A stretch of DNA of 64,000 nucleotides, taken from positions 1-64,000 of IMG/VR virus record IMGVR_UViG_3300027788_000010, one strand, 5' to 3'. Shown piece by piece: positions 9,643 to 20,686 of this stretch. Position numbers and translations under genes: made by a program. The notes beneath the pieces were generated by a model, which saw only the letters and a list, made by a program, of their open reading frames with translations, had not been told where the DNA came from and did no database searches. Source of the stretch: a virus. Every line of letters begins with the position of its first letter. The first letter of the stretch is position 1.

Positions 9643-12600
9643 TTAGTAACTACCGAAACCAGTACCCTTACCACCACCCCTTATAGGCTTATATGGTGAA
9701 TAGAATGTTTGGTTATCTATACTAAATTCAATATATCTTGTTTCTTGTTCTGTGGTTATCTCATTACCAGCATATAACGGGTAAGTTCTTATGTTTTGTA
9801 CTAGGTATTTGTATGTTCCCGGTTTTGGTACTGATATTATAAATTTATATTCTATACTACCATATTCTTTAACCGTAAATGTTTTTATTTCTTCTTGAAC
9901 CACATCACCACCACCATTATACACCACAAACTTAAGTTCTTCTTTTGTGTTTAATTTTTTAACCACATTAACAGTTACTTGTGGGTTTTTAACACTGGAC
10001 ACACCTAAGACATCATATTGTGTTAAATAGTACATATTAATAACGTCAGACCCGACAAAATCCATAGCACCATCTTTTGTGTAAGTTAAAAATTGTATTC
10101 TGGATGGTGCTACCCTTTTATAATCCACATTTTCCACCAAAATTAACCCATTTAATATTAAAGAAACCCCACCTAACACTTCATATTGTAAATTTATAAA
10201 GTAGTTAGCTGAGTCTTGGTATATTTCGTTAGTGTTTGTGGTTCCTGGTGTACCAACAACTAAAGACTGATTATAAAAACTTCTATTTGCTTTTGTTGGG
10301 TATATCACTTGTACGGTATCGTTATTCTGTACAGTCCTAGGTCCAAACACTATTATATTTTCATTTATATAGTAGTCACCACTACTAAAAGCGTCTAAGT
10401 TATTTGAGTATGTGTTAACTGAGCTATTACTTAATTTCATAGTTAATCCATTAACAATAACTTGAATATTACTTATGGGTGTAAATGGTAAAGTTAGTGC
10501 GGAGTAGGTAAATGCACTTTGTGAACCACTAAAGTCTGGCACCCCAGACACAGTTTGACTTTTATTGGCTAGTCTAACAGCACTATTATTGTTTGAAAAA
10601 CTTATATTATTATTACGTAATATAGGTTTGGTTGGTGGTTCTACCAAAACCATATAATAATCTTTACCACTATCAAATGTAGTACCACCAACAGTATCAG
10701 AATTATCAATCCAAGTCGGACTTTTAGTTGATTTATCTTTAAATATAAATGACGGTTTCAGGATATACTCTGTTGTGTTAGCTGTTGGGAGTCCCGATAA
10801 TGAGATTATTGTGGTCGCACTTTGTGCTACACCCTTCTTTCTTAATTGTGGGGAAGAAACTTCATTCATGGTATTAAACAAATAACTATATAGTGGCTTA
10901 ATCCCAAATTTATTTTTTTGGTATTCATATGGGTAAATCTCTAATCTTAAATAGGATTTCCCTAATAATAAATCAGATGTGTTACCGGAAGTGTTTGCTG
11001 TAATTATAGGTGTATTACCACCATACCCAGATAAATTTATTATTGTTATGTCTTCTATGTTTGTTGATATTCTATTAACCCCTTCTAAAACCACTTTTGG
11101 TTCTATAAAAGATTGTATTGTAGCCGAAGCTGAAGGTCTTATTCGTGGTATTGTTAAATTACTAGCACATGTTGGGTAGTAGTCACATGTTTTGGATTGC
11201 TTAATGTTATTATTCCCTTCTAGTTCCAATATTGTTTTATATTTTCTATCATCCGATGTTGTATACACCACACCCTGTGTTAGTGTTACCGCGGATGAAT
11301 CTGATATTAATTGTGCACTATCTTTAGTTACTGAATAATTTGCCGATATACCAGTGAACCCAAGACCATACACAATACCATTATACTTTTCAACTAAGTA
11401 CCCAATTCTACCACCACCTAAAAATCTCTGTAGGTCGGATGTTGTGGTTACCCATTCTGGAGCACTAGTTGTGGACCCTGACCAAGTTGTTATATTATTT
11501 ATATCAAAATTAATCTCATATAATGGGTTAAATAAGTTTTCATCCCCTAAAACCTTAGTACTATTAGAAAATACAGAACGTAACCCCATAGTTTCGGTCA
11601 TTTGTATTTTAAATTGTTGACCCATAGAACCAGTTCTACTAACCCTAACTTTTATTATTCCTTGTGTACTTAAATCCTCTAGATTATAAGGGCTACAATG
11701 TCTACCACTTACCCTAGGTCCGTTAGATAGTATTGTTGTATTAAACTCTTTATAGGTTGTGGTAATAAACTCACCATTACCCGTCCTATCCTCATATTCC
11801 TGTAGTCCTTGTCGTAAAATATCATCATATATGCGTCGCCATTCCCTAAACGATTCGTATGGTGATAATGTTACTTTTTTTAAATCATCAACTTCTCGTA
11901 TCATAACCAGGTCTTTCAACTCAGCAACCTCTACTTCTTTCCCCCCACCAACAGAAGAACGGGCTAAATCTGGGTATTGTCTTTCAAACTCTGCATTAGC
12001 TATTAGTATCGATTTATTAACTATTTCTCGTATTTCTTCATCGTTTGACCCTTCTGGGTTACCACTAACCCTTTCTTCACCATACGCATCTCTTTGGAAA
12101 GCTCTAGAGCTTTGACCCTTATTTATACTTACTGTAGCTCCACTCTGACTATTAAAGTCTAGGGTTAGATAGTGTGTCGCACCACTTTGACCCCAAGTTC
12201 CATCTTCATCCCTAAAATAGTGTAAAACTATGGACGCTGTATTGGCGGTGTTACCACTAGGGTATAAGTAGATGTCGTGTGTATAGTTAACATAACTACA
12301 TGGTGTTATATAACTTGCGGTTTGTGGGTCACCGGAACTTAAACCAAGAACATTGTCCACTCTTGTTGATAGGTAATTATTTTGTATACCCCTAAAATAA
12401 GAATCGAAATTCCTAACTGCATTGGTGGTATCTATAATGTAGAATGTATCATCCCCTCCAATCATTTTGTGTTGGAATGTCGTATCTTTTTGAGTTATAA
12501 TCTCTGAGGACACTGGGTCTCCTTTACTACCCCTGTCAGCTGTGGGGTTATATGTGACCCAAGCGTAGTCGGAATTAGTAATTCCTGTTGTTGAATCCCA

Positions 12601-13602
12601 CACAAAAAACTTATTAAGGTATTTGTGATAATAATACGTACCTCTATAAGCGGAGGTATTAATGGTCCCACCAGATAAATCATAAGCTGTAAGTGCTACA
12701 ACAGGGTCAGTATTAGGCCCTATTGGACCACAATTCCAACCTTCTTGACAGTCACTAGACCCACTAACACCTAAATACCAATATCTAGTTGTGTCTGTAG
12801 TTCTTGCTGTATTTGGGTTTACGTCTGGGTAATTAAGTATACCAGTACTAGAGTCACCAGTAAAAAACCAATGCCCTGATGAATCTAACACATGCCCCCA
12901 ATTATGTAAACCAGTTGTGTGTGGTGTTGGTGTCGTTCCAACATAATAGTCTCCAGCAGCGAAATGTGAATTTTTTGTCCAACCAGAAGTAAACGCTGAT
13001 AAGGAAAGTGCTATATTAGGGGTTGTACCAGCACTTAAATTTATACTAGAGGCTGTGCAAACACTATCATTAATTAAAAAATTTCTACTAAGACTTTCAC
13101 TCCTACCTATGGTTAACATATACTCCCCATTTGTTAACTTTTTGAAGTATTTTGTGGTGGATGTTTCCCCACTACCAACATCCAAAGAACTTACCAATTC
13201 ACCATCTTTGTAGAGTGAATAGTTAAGTGTTGAAGCTGATTGGTTGGTTAAACTTGACGTACCACCTGAATATACAGCTATTTCACAATATTTATTTGGG
13301 TTTGAGACACAGGAATATGATGTTACTCCAGCTGAAAATGTTGGTAATGTGTACCCAGATAAATAAATTGTAGCTGCATTATTTGACACTACTGAGGCTG
13401 CGTCGGTTATTTTAGCTACATAAACCCCTTCATATAGATTAAAATTATCCCATTGTGCTGATGTGTAATATCCGTCACTTGTCGCACCAGACCAACTAAC
13501 TGAATATGGTGCGGTACCACCACTAACATTTATAACATCTATAATACCCGTTGATTGTCCCGATACTGTTGGTGTTACGTTATATTGATTAATAAAAGCC
13601 AT
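9643..13602 (-). CDS. Large tail-fibre/baseplate-like structural protein
   Basis: SprB-repeat-like VSGGTAPYSVSW near the N-terminus. Two C-terminal modules (QVIVNGL..GDY and LILNGL..NVDY) resemble those of phage tail/baseplate proteins. Confidence 0.55.
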   Translation of the reverse strand: MAFINQYNVTPTVSGQSTGIIDVINVSGGTAPYSVSWSGATSDGYYTSAQWDNFNLYEGVYVAKITDAASVVSNNAATIYLSGYTLPTFSAGVTSYSCVSNPNKYCEIAVYSGGTSSLTNQSASTLNYSLYKDGELVSSLDVGSGETSTTKYFKKLTNGEYMLTIGRSESLSRNFLINDSVCTASSINLSAGTTPNIALSLSAFTSGWTKNSHFAAGDYYVGTTPTPHTTGLHNWGHVLDSSGHWFFTGDSSTGILNYPDVNPNTARTTDTTRYWYLGVSGSSDCQEGWNCGPIGPNTDPVVALTAYDLSGGTINTSAYRGTYYYHKYLNKFFVWDSTTGITNSDYAWVTYNPTADRGSKGDPVSSEIITQKDTTFQHKMIGGDDTFYIIDTTNAVRNFDSYFRGIQNNYLSTRVDNVLGLSSGDPQTASYITPCSYVNYTHDIYLYPSGNTANTASIVLHYFRDEDGTWGQSGATHYLTLDFNSQSGATVSINKGQSSRAFQRDAYGEERVSGNPEGSNDEEIREIVNKSILIANAEFERQYPDLARSSVGGGKEVEVAELKDLVMIREVDDLKKVTLSPYESFREWRRIYDDILRQGLQEYEDRTGNGEFITTTYKEFNTTILSNGPRVSGRHCSPYNLEDLSTQGIIKVRVSRTGSMGQQFKIQMTETMGLRSVFSNSTKVLGDENLFNPLYEINFDINNITTWSGSTTSAPEWVTTTSDLQRFLGGGRIGYLVEKYNGIVYGLGFTGISANYSVTKDSAQLISDSSAVTLTQGVVYTTSDDRKYKTILELEGNNNIKQSKTCDYYPTCASNLTIPRIRPSASATIQSFIEPKVVLEGVNRISTNIEDITIINLSGYGGNTPIITANTSGNTSDLLLGKSYLRLEIYPYEYQKNKFGIKPLYSYLFNTMNEVSSPQLRKKGVAQSATTIISLSGLPTANTTEYILKPSFIFKDKSTKSPTWIDNSDTVGGTTFDSGKDYYMVLVEPPTKPILRNNNISFSNNNSAVRLANKSQTVSGVPDFSGSQSAFTYSALTLPFTPISNIQVIVNGLTMKLSNSSVNTYSNNLDAFSSGDYYINENIIVFGPRTVQNNDTVQVIYPTKANRSFYNQSLVVGTPGTTNTNEIYQDSANYFINLQYEVLGGVSLILNGLILVENVDYKRVAPSRIQFLTYTKDGAMDFVGSDVINMYYLTQYDVLGVSSVKNPQVTVNVVKKLNTKEELKFVVYNGGGDVVQEEIKTFTVKEYGSIEYKFIISVPKPGTYKYLVQNIRTYPLYAGNEITTEQETRYIEFSIDNQTFYSPYKPIRGGGKGTGFGSY

Positions 13603-13614
13603 TATTTATATATT

Positions 13615-16600
13615 TTAGTACCCACCACCTCCGGTGTTAGTATTATAGTTTATTGTTGTATTCGTTACGGAAGTGGTCGTACCTATGTTATCAACAGTAA
13701 AACCCCCAACATAATTTATATCATCACCACCCACCGGTATTAATATGGTATGTGGTTTTACGGTGTGTACCGCCCCAACCATATACACACCATCATGTAT
13801 ATGATAAAAGCCAACATAGTCACCACTATTAGGAAGTAAATACTCGCCACCATAAGTGTAAAGATTATTTTTTGAATCTTGACAGGAATTATTAAATACT
13901 CTTGGTTCACATGTTTGGTTGACCCCAACACAATACTCTTCAGATTTATCCACACACTCATCACACCCCTCAATATCTGTGTCGGTGATTATTTGTGTGG
14001 TACCATAAAATGAGTCTATAGGTATGTTTGATTTTTTATCTTTACACACGCAATAAAATTTACAAACAAACCCTTCATCAGATTTAAATTGTGTTAGTGG
14101 CTCACTCCTAGACGGTTTTAATATTATGGGTCGATTATCTATTAATATCACGTCATCAACATTATCTATTTGTTCTTTAAGTTTTATTTCAGTTTGTATC
14201 AATTCTACTTTATCGTCTTTGGTTGGTGTTAGGCAAGGTACGTATAATTTTTCCTTTGGTGTGATAACTATAAAGTGGTCCATTTTTTGACCAACCACAT
14301 TAGATATTGTGTTTTTTATGACGTAACTATGACTAATTTGTGGAAATTTATAATTACAATTTATCGACATTTGTTGGTCATACCTTGGTAAGTTAAAAAC
14401 CAAGACCTCCGACTTCATTTGTAGTAGTCCTTTATTGTTCGGTATGTAATAATCAGTTAACGAATTATTTTCTAGTTGTGTCGACCAATTATTTGTTGGT
14501 TTATTGGTTATTATATTTAATAGTAGTTTGGTATCCTTTTCTTCGTTATCTACAAAATTTAAATTATTAAATGTTTGGTTATCAACTTTCGGTGGTGTTA
14601 TTGGTTTTGTTTTATCGTCTATAACATACAACGTACCCGTGGTACTTTTTTCAATGGTTTCTCCGTTTTTATTTAGGTATTTTTGTGGTGTGGATATTTT
14701 TTGTGGGTTTAAGAATAATCTTTTTACTAAATTATCTGTACTTCCCGAATTTGGGTTGTATTTGGTTATTCGGTAAAATGGTGAAGATACTGTATCACCC
14801 GAAGAGTTTAGTTTATTACCCAAATTCAGCTCTAAGTTGGCTATACCCCCACTTACTTTTGAGGACACTTTAAATTCGGTATTGTATTTTAATATTATAG
14901 TATCACCTTTTACTAAATTAATTAACCCACTATCTAAGGTTATTGGTATACTGCTGTTGAAAATAGTATTTGCTGTGGTAGCTGAGGAATAACATTGGTT
15001 GTACCCACTCATACTATTTTGTACTGTGTTGGTTTTTAACCCTAGGTAGGTGTTACTGGATGGGTTTTGTAACTTACTTAATCCAATAGAGGTACCTACA
15101 ATGTTAGATGTGTTACCACTGTTGTCCGTTTTTTCAATAAACACATCAAAAAAGAAATTTTCCACACCTGAACCATAATTTACACCATCTTTACCGGGAA
15201 AATAAACACCCTTAGTATCTAGTTTAACGACATCACCCTCACCTTGACCTCGTTGTATGATTGATGTGTTTATCAATCTTTTTATTTCATATTCGGTATT
15301 TGGGTACCCTAACGAAGATGTTTTTCCTGAAGAATAGTTTTGAGTTATGTACTCACACCATTTATTATCTTTATATTTAACATTAAGATGTCCGTTGTAT
15401 TGGGTTCTATACTGTCCACTAACTAGACACTTATACATTAGGTAATTTTTAGAATCCGCTGATTGTATTATAACAGAACCGGAACCAGAAATACTACCAC
15501 TTTCACCTGATAAAGATTGCCAAGAATAGTAAGGTGCCCAAGAAGGTGAATTAACACCAACAAAAGGTTTATGTTCTAATCTTTTTATGTTTGTTATTGG
15601 TATTGATATACCAGTACTCGTATCTGTTGTCGCTGTAAACCCGGAACCAGAAAAATAAATATCATAAACATTATCACCTAATATCCCACCACTTGTGTAT
15701 TCGGTATAATTTGTACCATCACTAAACGACTCCCTAAAAGATGAATATGTTGTACCAAAAAAATCATATTGTAAATTTTTAATGGGTGAATAGTAGTTTG
15801 GTTCACACGTCCAACACTTACCAAAATTTAACAATTTTTTATGTGCTAAACACACTTCATTACATGGTTTACCTCCGGACTCTACAGTCTCTTGGTGAAA
15901 CTTTTCTGAAGAGTCGTCAGTATAACTACATAAACACTTAGTATCCTTATATTTAAAAGTATCAACATAATTATTTATCTTTGTTCTTTTAGTTGGACAT
16001 AGAGTTACGTTTTTAAATTTACCTTTAGTTGTGTACTCTATGTTTAAATCGTTAAAGTAATCACTGTTCGACCTACCTAACCATTGGTTTACATCATTAT
16101 AATATCTAGGTTCTGTAACAATCTTACCGTCTAAATCCGTAGTAATAAATTCTTCTAGGTTAGCTATTTGATTTTCTTTAAGTGTTTGTTCAAAATTATA
16201 TAAATGTTCTGTGGAATAAAAATTTATATCGGTACACCTACCCATTTCACTAAAGAATTGATTATTTCTTAGTTCCGAAGCCCAGCTAAGGGGGTACAAT
16301 TCCCTACCACTTTCAAAATATGGTGAAGAACTACTAATAACATTACTCTCAACATTTCTAGAAACGTTAAAGGGTAATTCATTAACACTATCTTTTAAGA
16401 AATTACCCATATTTAACTTATAACTTTCATCGTTTTTAACGATAAAAATTTCGGAATTTTCTAAATAAAAATCTTTGTAGTTTTGGTTTATTTTTTTAAA
16501 GTAGTCATCATAATTAAATTTCACCTCACCCAACTCCAATTCTTTACCACCTAACTGTATATAACTGGTTGGGGCGTTTTTTAAAGTCTTTATCTTTCTG

Positions 16601-17346
16601 GGACTTACTTGGATTATACTATCTACAGTCCCTGTTTTACCTCTTTTGTATTTTTTAAATTTTTTGTTATCGATGTTTGGTGGTGTTAATTTAAAAAATA
16701 GGCTGGTTAATGGTCCGGTTAAACTAAAAGCCTTTATATCAACATCAAAACCTAAATTAATTAGTTTTGTTGGTTCCGAACTAGGAGCAACATCGAGGGA
16801 AATTGAATCCTTTCTACGCCCACTTATACCCACAGATTGTTCTGGTTTGTCGTATAGTATGGTTTTTACGTTTGGTATTACCATCTCTAAAGCATGACCT
16901 TTTTTATCCAAAACCCTACTGAACCTATTAAGGGCACTATTTTTCCCCACTGAAAAGATTTCTCTTGTTGTTAATAAAGATTTATTATTTTTACTACCTA
17001 CTTGAGTTAGTGATACTGTTCTATTATTTTCCACGTTTAGTTTAATAATAACATCTGACTCAAAACTTTGTTTACTTAACTTAATTTCACCTTTACTAAA
17101 ATCTGAAGATTTTAAATATAAAAAGGCTTCTATTAAATGTTTGCCTTTATAGGTCATATACATATTAACTGGTCTACTAACATCATAATCCATAGTTATG
17201 AATAATGTCTTATTAAAGTTCCTACCTATATATTTCCCAGTAGCGTACACTTTTACCTGTAAAGAATCCACCAACTCTCTAATGTCCAGTTGTTTAGTTA
17301 AGTTAACACTTTTTTTATTTTTTATTTTATTTTCAATAACTTCCAT
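13615..17346 (-). CDS. Large hypothetical structural protein
   Basis: 1243 aa: Lys-rich N-terminus, SG-rich middle, Cys clusters, C-terminal YVGFYHIH..MVGAVH motif. Confidence 0.55.
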   Translation of the reverse strand: MEVIENKIKNKKSVNLTKQLDIRELVDSLQVKVYATGKYIGRNFNKTLFITMDYDVSRPVNMYMTYKGKHLIEAFLYLKSSDFSKGEIKLSKQSFESDVIIKLNVENNRTVSLTQVGSKNNKSLLTTREIFSVGKNSALNRFSRVLDKKGHALEMVIPNVKTILYDKPEQSVGISGRRKDSISLDVAPSSEPTKLINLGFDVDIKAFSLTGPLTSLFFKLTPPNIDNKKFKKYKRGKTGTVDSIIQVSPRKIKTLKNAPTSYIQLGGKELELGEVKFNYDDYFKKINQNYKDFYLENSEIFIVKNDESYKLNMGNFLKDSVNELPFNVSRNVESNVISSSSPYFESGRELYPLSWASELRNNQFFSEMGRCTDINFYSTEHLYNFEQTLKENQIANLEEFITTDLDGKIVTEPRYYNDVNQWLGRSNSDYFNDLNIEYTTKGKFKNVTLCPTKRTKINNYVDTFKYKDTKCLCSYTDDSSEKFHQETVESGGKPCNEVCLAHKKLLNFGKCWTCEPNYYSPIKNLQYDFFGTTYSSFRESFSDGTNYTEYTSGGILGDNVYDIYFSGSGFTATTDTSTGISIPITNIKRLEHKPFVGVNSPSWAPYYSWQSLSGESGSISGSGSVIIQSADSKNYLMYKCLVSGQYRTQYNGHLNVKYKDNKWCEYITQNYSSGKTSSLGYPNTEYEIKRLINTSIIQRGQGEGDVVKLDTKGVYFPGKDGVNYGSGVENFFFDVFIEKTDNSGNTSNIVGTSIGLSKLQNPSSNTYLGLKTNTVQNSMSGYNQCYSSATTANTIFNSSIPITLDSGLINLVKGDTIILKYNTEFKVSSKVSGGIANLELNLGNKLNSSGDTVSSPFYRITKYNPNSGSTDNLVKRLFLNPQKISTPQKYLNKNGETIEKSTTGTLYVIDDKTKPITPPKVDNQTFNNLNFVDNEEKDTKLLLNIITNKPTNNWSTQLENNSLTDYYIPNNKGLLQMKSEVLVFNLPRYDQQMSINCNYKFPQISHSYVIKNTISNVVGQKMDHFIVITPKEKLYVPCLTPTKDDKVELIQTEIKLKEQIDNVDDVILIDNRPIILKPSRSEPLTQFKSDEGFVCKFYCVCKDKKSNIPIDSFYGTTQIITDTDIEGCDECVDKSEEYCVGVNQTCEPRVFNNSCQDSKNNLYTYGGEYLLPNSGDYVGFYHIHDGVYMVGAVHTVKPHTILIPVGGDDINYVGGFTVDNIGTTTSVTNTTINYNTNTGGGGY

Positions 17347-17347
17347 A

Positions 17348-20300
17348 TTAACCCCTTTGTTTTTTTTCTAATCTATATTTAAACCCCCACGGTTCTTCAA
17401 TATTTTTACTTAACGCTAACCCTTTTTTTACCCGAAACATAACACTATTATTCATCACACTAATTACGTTATACCCCCCATTAATTGCTGGATTATTACT
17501 GGTGAATTTAGATGTGGTTAGATTAATACTATTATTAACCCCCACATTGTTGGTGGAACTGGGTTTTTGGTAGTCATCAAATGAAGGCCATGTTGATTTA
17601 CAACTTACATTATCAGTCCTCATTTCTAAAACTATACTATTTTCAGGTAATGTACAGCATGGACATGTTTTGGTTGGTACTATTATTGTTTCTCCATTTT
17701 CGTTAGTACCATCAATTATATTTTGAACACTACCTGTGTTGATACACCCGCAGGTAGTAGAAATACCACTAGCTGGGTTAACAACAGCTATAATACCATC
17801 AGGCCAGTCACAAGAACCATCATCACAAGTAGCTAATGGACTAAAGTTTAATGCTGTGGGGGATGTACACCCATACACACAACCATTGTCTGGGGTAGGT
17901 GTAAAACCACTTAACGGGTAGTATGGGTAGTGTTTGTATGTAAACTTATCTCTGTGAAAAAGTGAGTTTTCCGTTTTTAAACCACCTTGCCATAAGGTTG
18001 TAGCTGGTACTAATTGTTCTATTATCCTAATCCAGTACGTACCTAAATCTTGTGCGTAATCTAACATTTTTTGGTATGTGTACTGGTTGTTGTCACCACA
18101 AGTTTGTGATAAATAATCTATATATAGTTTTTGTAGTAGTGGGTACCCACCAGTCTTACCATCATCAATAGTTTGTCTGTTTTTTACATTTATAAATGTT
18201 CTCCAAAATACCTTTGTAAAATTCTTAAAAGAGTAGTTTTTGCCATTAAGTAATGTAACCGTATCGTCAACCCCACCTTTTTGTGGGTAGGGTGGTGGTA
18301 ATGGGGTTCCATTAAACGTACACCCACTCAATACAGATTGTTGCCAAAAATCATATACAAGAGCTTGTCCTATATTTAAAAATATATCAACATTTTTAAC
18401 ATTAATTACTAATTTTTCATTATCCACAAAATAAGACGAACCCCTTAAAGTTTCAAAACTATAGTTTCTATTTTTATTATTCTCGTCTATTGCCACCCAA
18501 GATTTTTTATCATCCACTATTGGTGTTAACCCAAACCCCATATTCATATATGGAAACTTTCTAAATCTTTCCAAGTATGGAGCTCCGGGTTCGTTAGATG
18601 ATACATTTAGTGGTAGGTTACCGAAAAACCCACCCCAACTAAATTGGTTTAGTTTTGTTATTATTGTAGGTGAACACCCAGAAAATGTAGAATTTTCTAA
18701 ATCTAGTATAGTATCACCATGATGTTTATCTGTTTGTTCAAACCATCCCGCACCTCTCTGGAAATAATAATTACTGGTTTCTCTAGGTTGTGTTGGATAA
18801 CCGTCACTATCTATCGGATAATCTTCACGTTTAAACCCATGTGTTTGTGTAAAAGAACTAATTACCGTATTTTGTGTTGTTGGGTCATATACGTATTGGG
18901 ACTGAGTTACAACCCCACCAGATATCTTTTCAAATTCTGTAATAAAACCATTTTTACCATCAACAAAACACCCCTTCTCTATCATATACTCTTTTAGTTC
19001 AGCACAACTAGGTTCATCACGCATATTAGAGGTTGTATTAACTAAAGTACTTACCCCTTCGTCAGAACATGAAAGTTCTTGCCACATAAACGTAAGCCTT
19101 TCACACACCTTACCTTCACCACCAAACCTTCCTTGACTACCCATTTTAATTCTACGGTCAGCTAGCACAACGTACTCATTAAATTCTATTAAAGCTTCTG
19201 GAGCTCCTATAAACCTGAATAAAAATTCTATAGCTTTCCTAGTACCCTTAGATTTAAAAAGATGGGCGGTATTCATTAGTATTCTTCTGTAAATATCCAC
19301 ATCTAATTCAGCTGGTGTCACACCTATAGACTCACCAGAGTATTGGGGTTCATACCTATCTAATACCGTATCTAAGAATTTTTCTTTGGTTGTTGGGGAC
19401 GGTGTTTCCCAACCCAACATTTTAGCAAGATTCTTTAGTAACTGGTTTGGTACGTTATTTTTACCATCGTAGGTCACATTATTCATGTACGCTATACCAT
19501 CTATAAACCTCTTTACATCATCAAAACTTCTACCGTATATCTGTAATGTTTTTTCTACTTTCCTGTCACCACTATCAAAATCTTTTAAAGCTCCAGTGGT
19601 TAGGAATCTAGAAATAAGGTTGGTTTTATACCCATCTAGTTCTTCCCCAATCTCAACTAATTTTTTTAGGTAGTCGGTGTATTTTTGTGTTTTAACATCT
19701 ATATTCCACAAATCTTGTTTTTCCCAAATTAAAGTTTCTTTTATTACATAATTTTGCCCATTTTCCGATAATTTAGGTAATTGTATTTCTGCCTTATATT
19801 GTGGGACACTTGTTTGGTTTAATAGGAACCGTTCTACTGTTCCGAATGTATTAAATTGTGTCTGTACTTCAAATTTATTAGGTTTTAGGTAGAAGGTTTT
19901 GGTGGATGTTGTAGCTGTTGTATTGAATGGGTTACCTGAAACCACAACACTTAAATTTGTGGTGTTATCGTCCACCGCTATATAATCAACTATCGGATAT
20001 TCAGTACCACCACTACCACTAAAACTAAAAACATATTTATTGTGTTCTAAAGTAAAATTTCTTAATTTAGATATTTTACCGGTTTGTGCTTGTATAGATT
20101 GTGTTGTAAGTGTGTTATGTGTTGGGTCGTCTATCACATAATCCATTTGTAGTGAATTATCTAGTAATATATTACCGTCAGTACTAATTTCTAGGTTAAA
20201 TGGGTTGGATATTTTATGTTTTGATATTGTTAGTGTTGTTCTGTCGTATACTGAATCGTACATTATGTTTTCTACGGTATTCCCTGTAGTGTTAAAAATT

Positions 20301-20686
20301 TCTTCTACCCCACTACAATATAACGCAGCTGGAAAGAAATTAACAATTTGTTGTACAGACACCCTCAACCTCTCTTTTAACGAACCATACAAAACAAATT
20401 TACTAACATCACTATCATCATAGTTAAATGTTACTAATAAACTATTATTTAAATTTACTTGTGTTAGTTCAATATCACCACCACTTAATTGTTCTAATGT
20501 TATAGGGCCAGAAAACCCACCAAAACTAAAATCCCTATTATTTTTTTCACGAGAACTATCGGTAATAGAAAAATTACCCAGAGTCATTTGTGGTGACCCT
20601 TGAGTAAATTGTAAACCTACTAAGTTATCACTAAATGTCCCTGAACCATTTCCTGGTGATGGTGGGTAATAGAATTTTTTTGCCAT
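17348..20686 (-). CDS. Baseplate wedge-like protein (P2 gpI / T4 gp7-like motif) with a C-terminal Cys repeat
   Basis: LKNLAKMLGW...LFKSKGTRKAIEFLFRFIG is a tail gpI-like motif; IIEQLVPATT; GCTSPTALNFSPLATCDDGSC. Confidence 0.6.
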   Translation of the reverse strand: MAKKFYYPPSPGNGSGTFSDNLVGLQFTQGSPQMTLGNFSITDSSREKNNRDFSFGGFSGPITLEQLSGGDIELTQVNLNNSLLVTFNYDDSDVSKFVLYGSLKERLRVSVQQIVNFFPAALYCSGVEEIFNTTGNTVENIMYDSVYDRTTLTISKHKISNPFNLEISTDGNILLDNSLQMDYVIDDPTHNTLTTQSIQAQTGKISKLRNFTLEHNKYVFSFSGSGGTEYPIVDYIAVDDNTTNLSVVVSGNPFNTTATTSTKTFYLKPNKFEVQTQFNTFGTVERFLLNQTSVPQYKAEIQLPKLSENGQNYVIKETLIWEKQDLWNIDVKTQKYTDYLKKLVEIGEELDGYKTNLISRFLTTGALKDFDSGDRKVEKTLQIYGRSFDDVKRFIDGIAYMNNVTYDGKNNVPNQLLKNLAKMLGWETPSPTTKEKFLDTVLDRYEPQYSGESIGVTPAELDVDIYRRILMNTAHLFKSKGTRKAIEFLFRFIGAPEALIEFNEYVVLADRRIKMGSQGRFGGEGKVCERLTFMWQELSCSDEGVSTLVNTTSNMRDEPSCAELKEYMIEKGCFVDGKNGFITEFEKISGGVVTQSQYVYDPTTQNTVISSFTQTHGFKREDYPIDSDGYPTQPRETSNYYFQRGAGWFEQTDKHHGDTILDLENSTFSGCSPTIITKLNQFSWGGFFGNLPLNVSSNEPGAPYLERFRKFPYMNMGFGLTPIVDDKKSWVAIDENNKNRNYSFETLRGSSYFVDNEKLVINVKNVDIFLNIGQALVYDFWQQSVLSGCTFNGTPLPPPYPQKGGVDDTVTLLNGKNYSFKNFTKVFWRTFINVKNRQTIDDGKTGGYPLLQKLYIDYLSQTCGDNNQYTYQKMLDYAQDLGTYWIRIIEQLVPATTLWQGGLKTENSLFHRDKFTYKHYPYYPLSGFTPTPDNGCVYGCTSPTALNFSPLATCDDGSCDWPDGIIAVVNPASGISTTCGCINTGSVQNIIDGTNENGETIIVPTKTCPCCTLPENSIVLEMRTDNVSCKSTWPSFDDYQKPSSTNNVGVNNSINLTTSKFTSNNPAINGGYNVISVMNNSVMFRVKKGLALSKNIEEPWGFKYRLEKKQRG

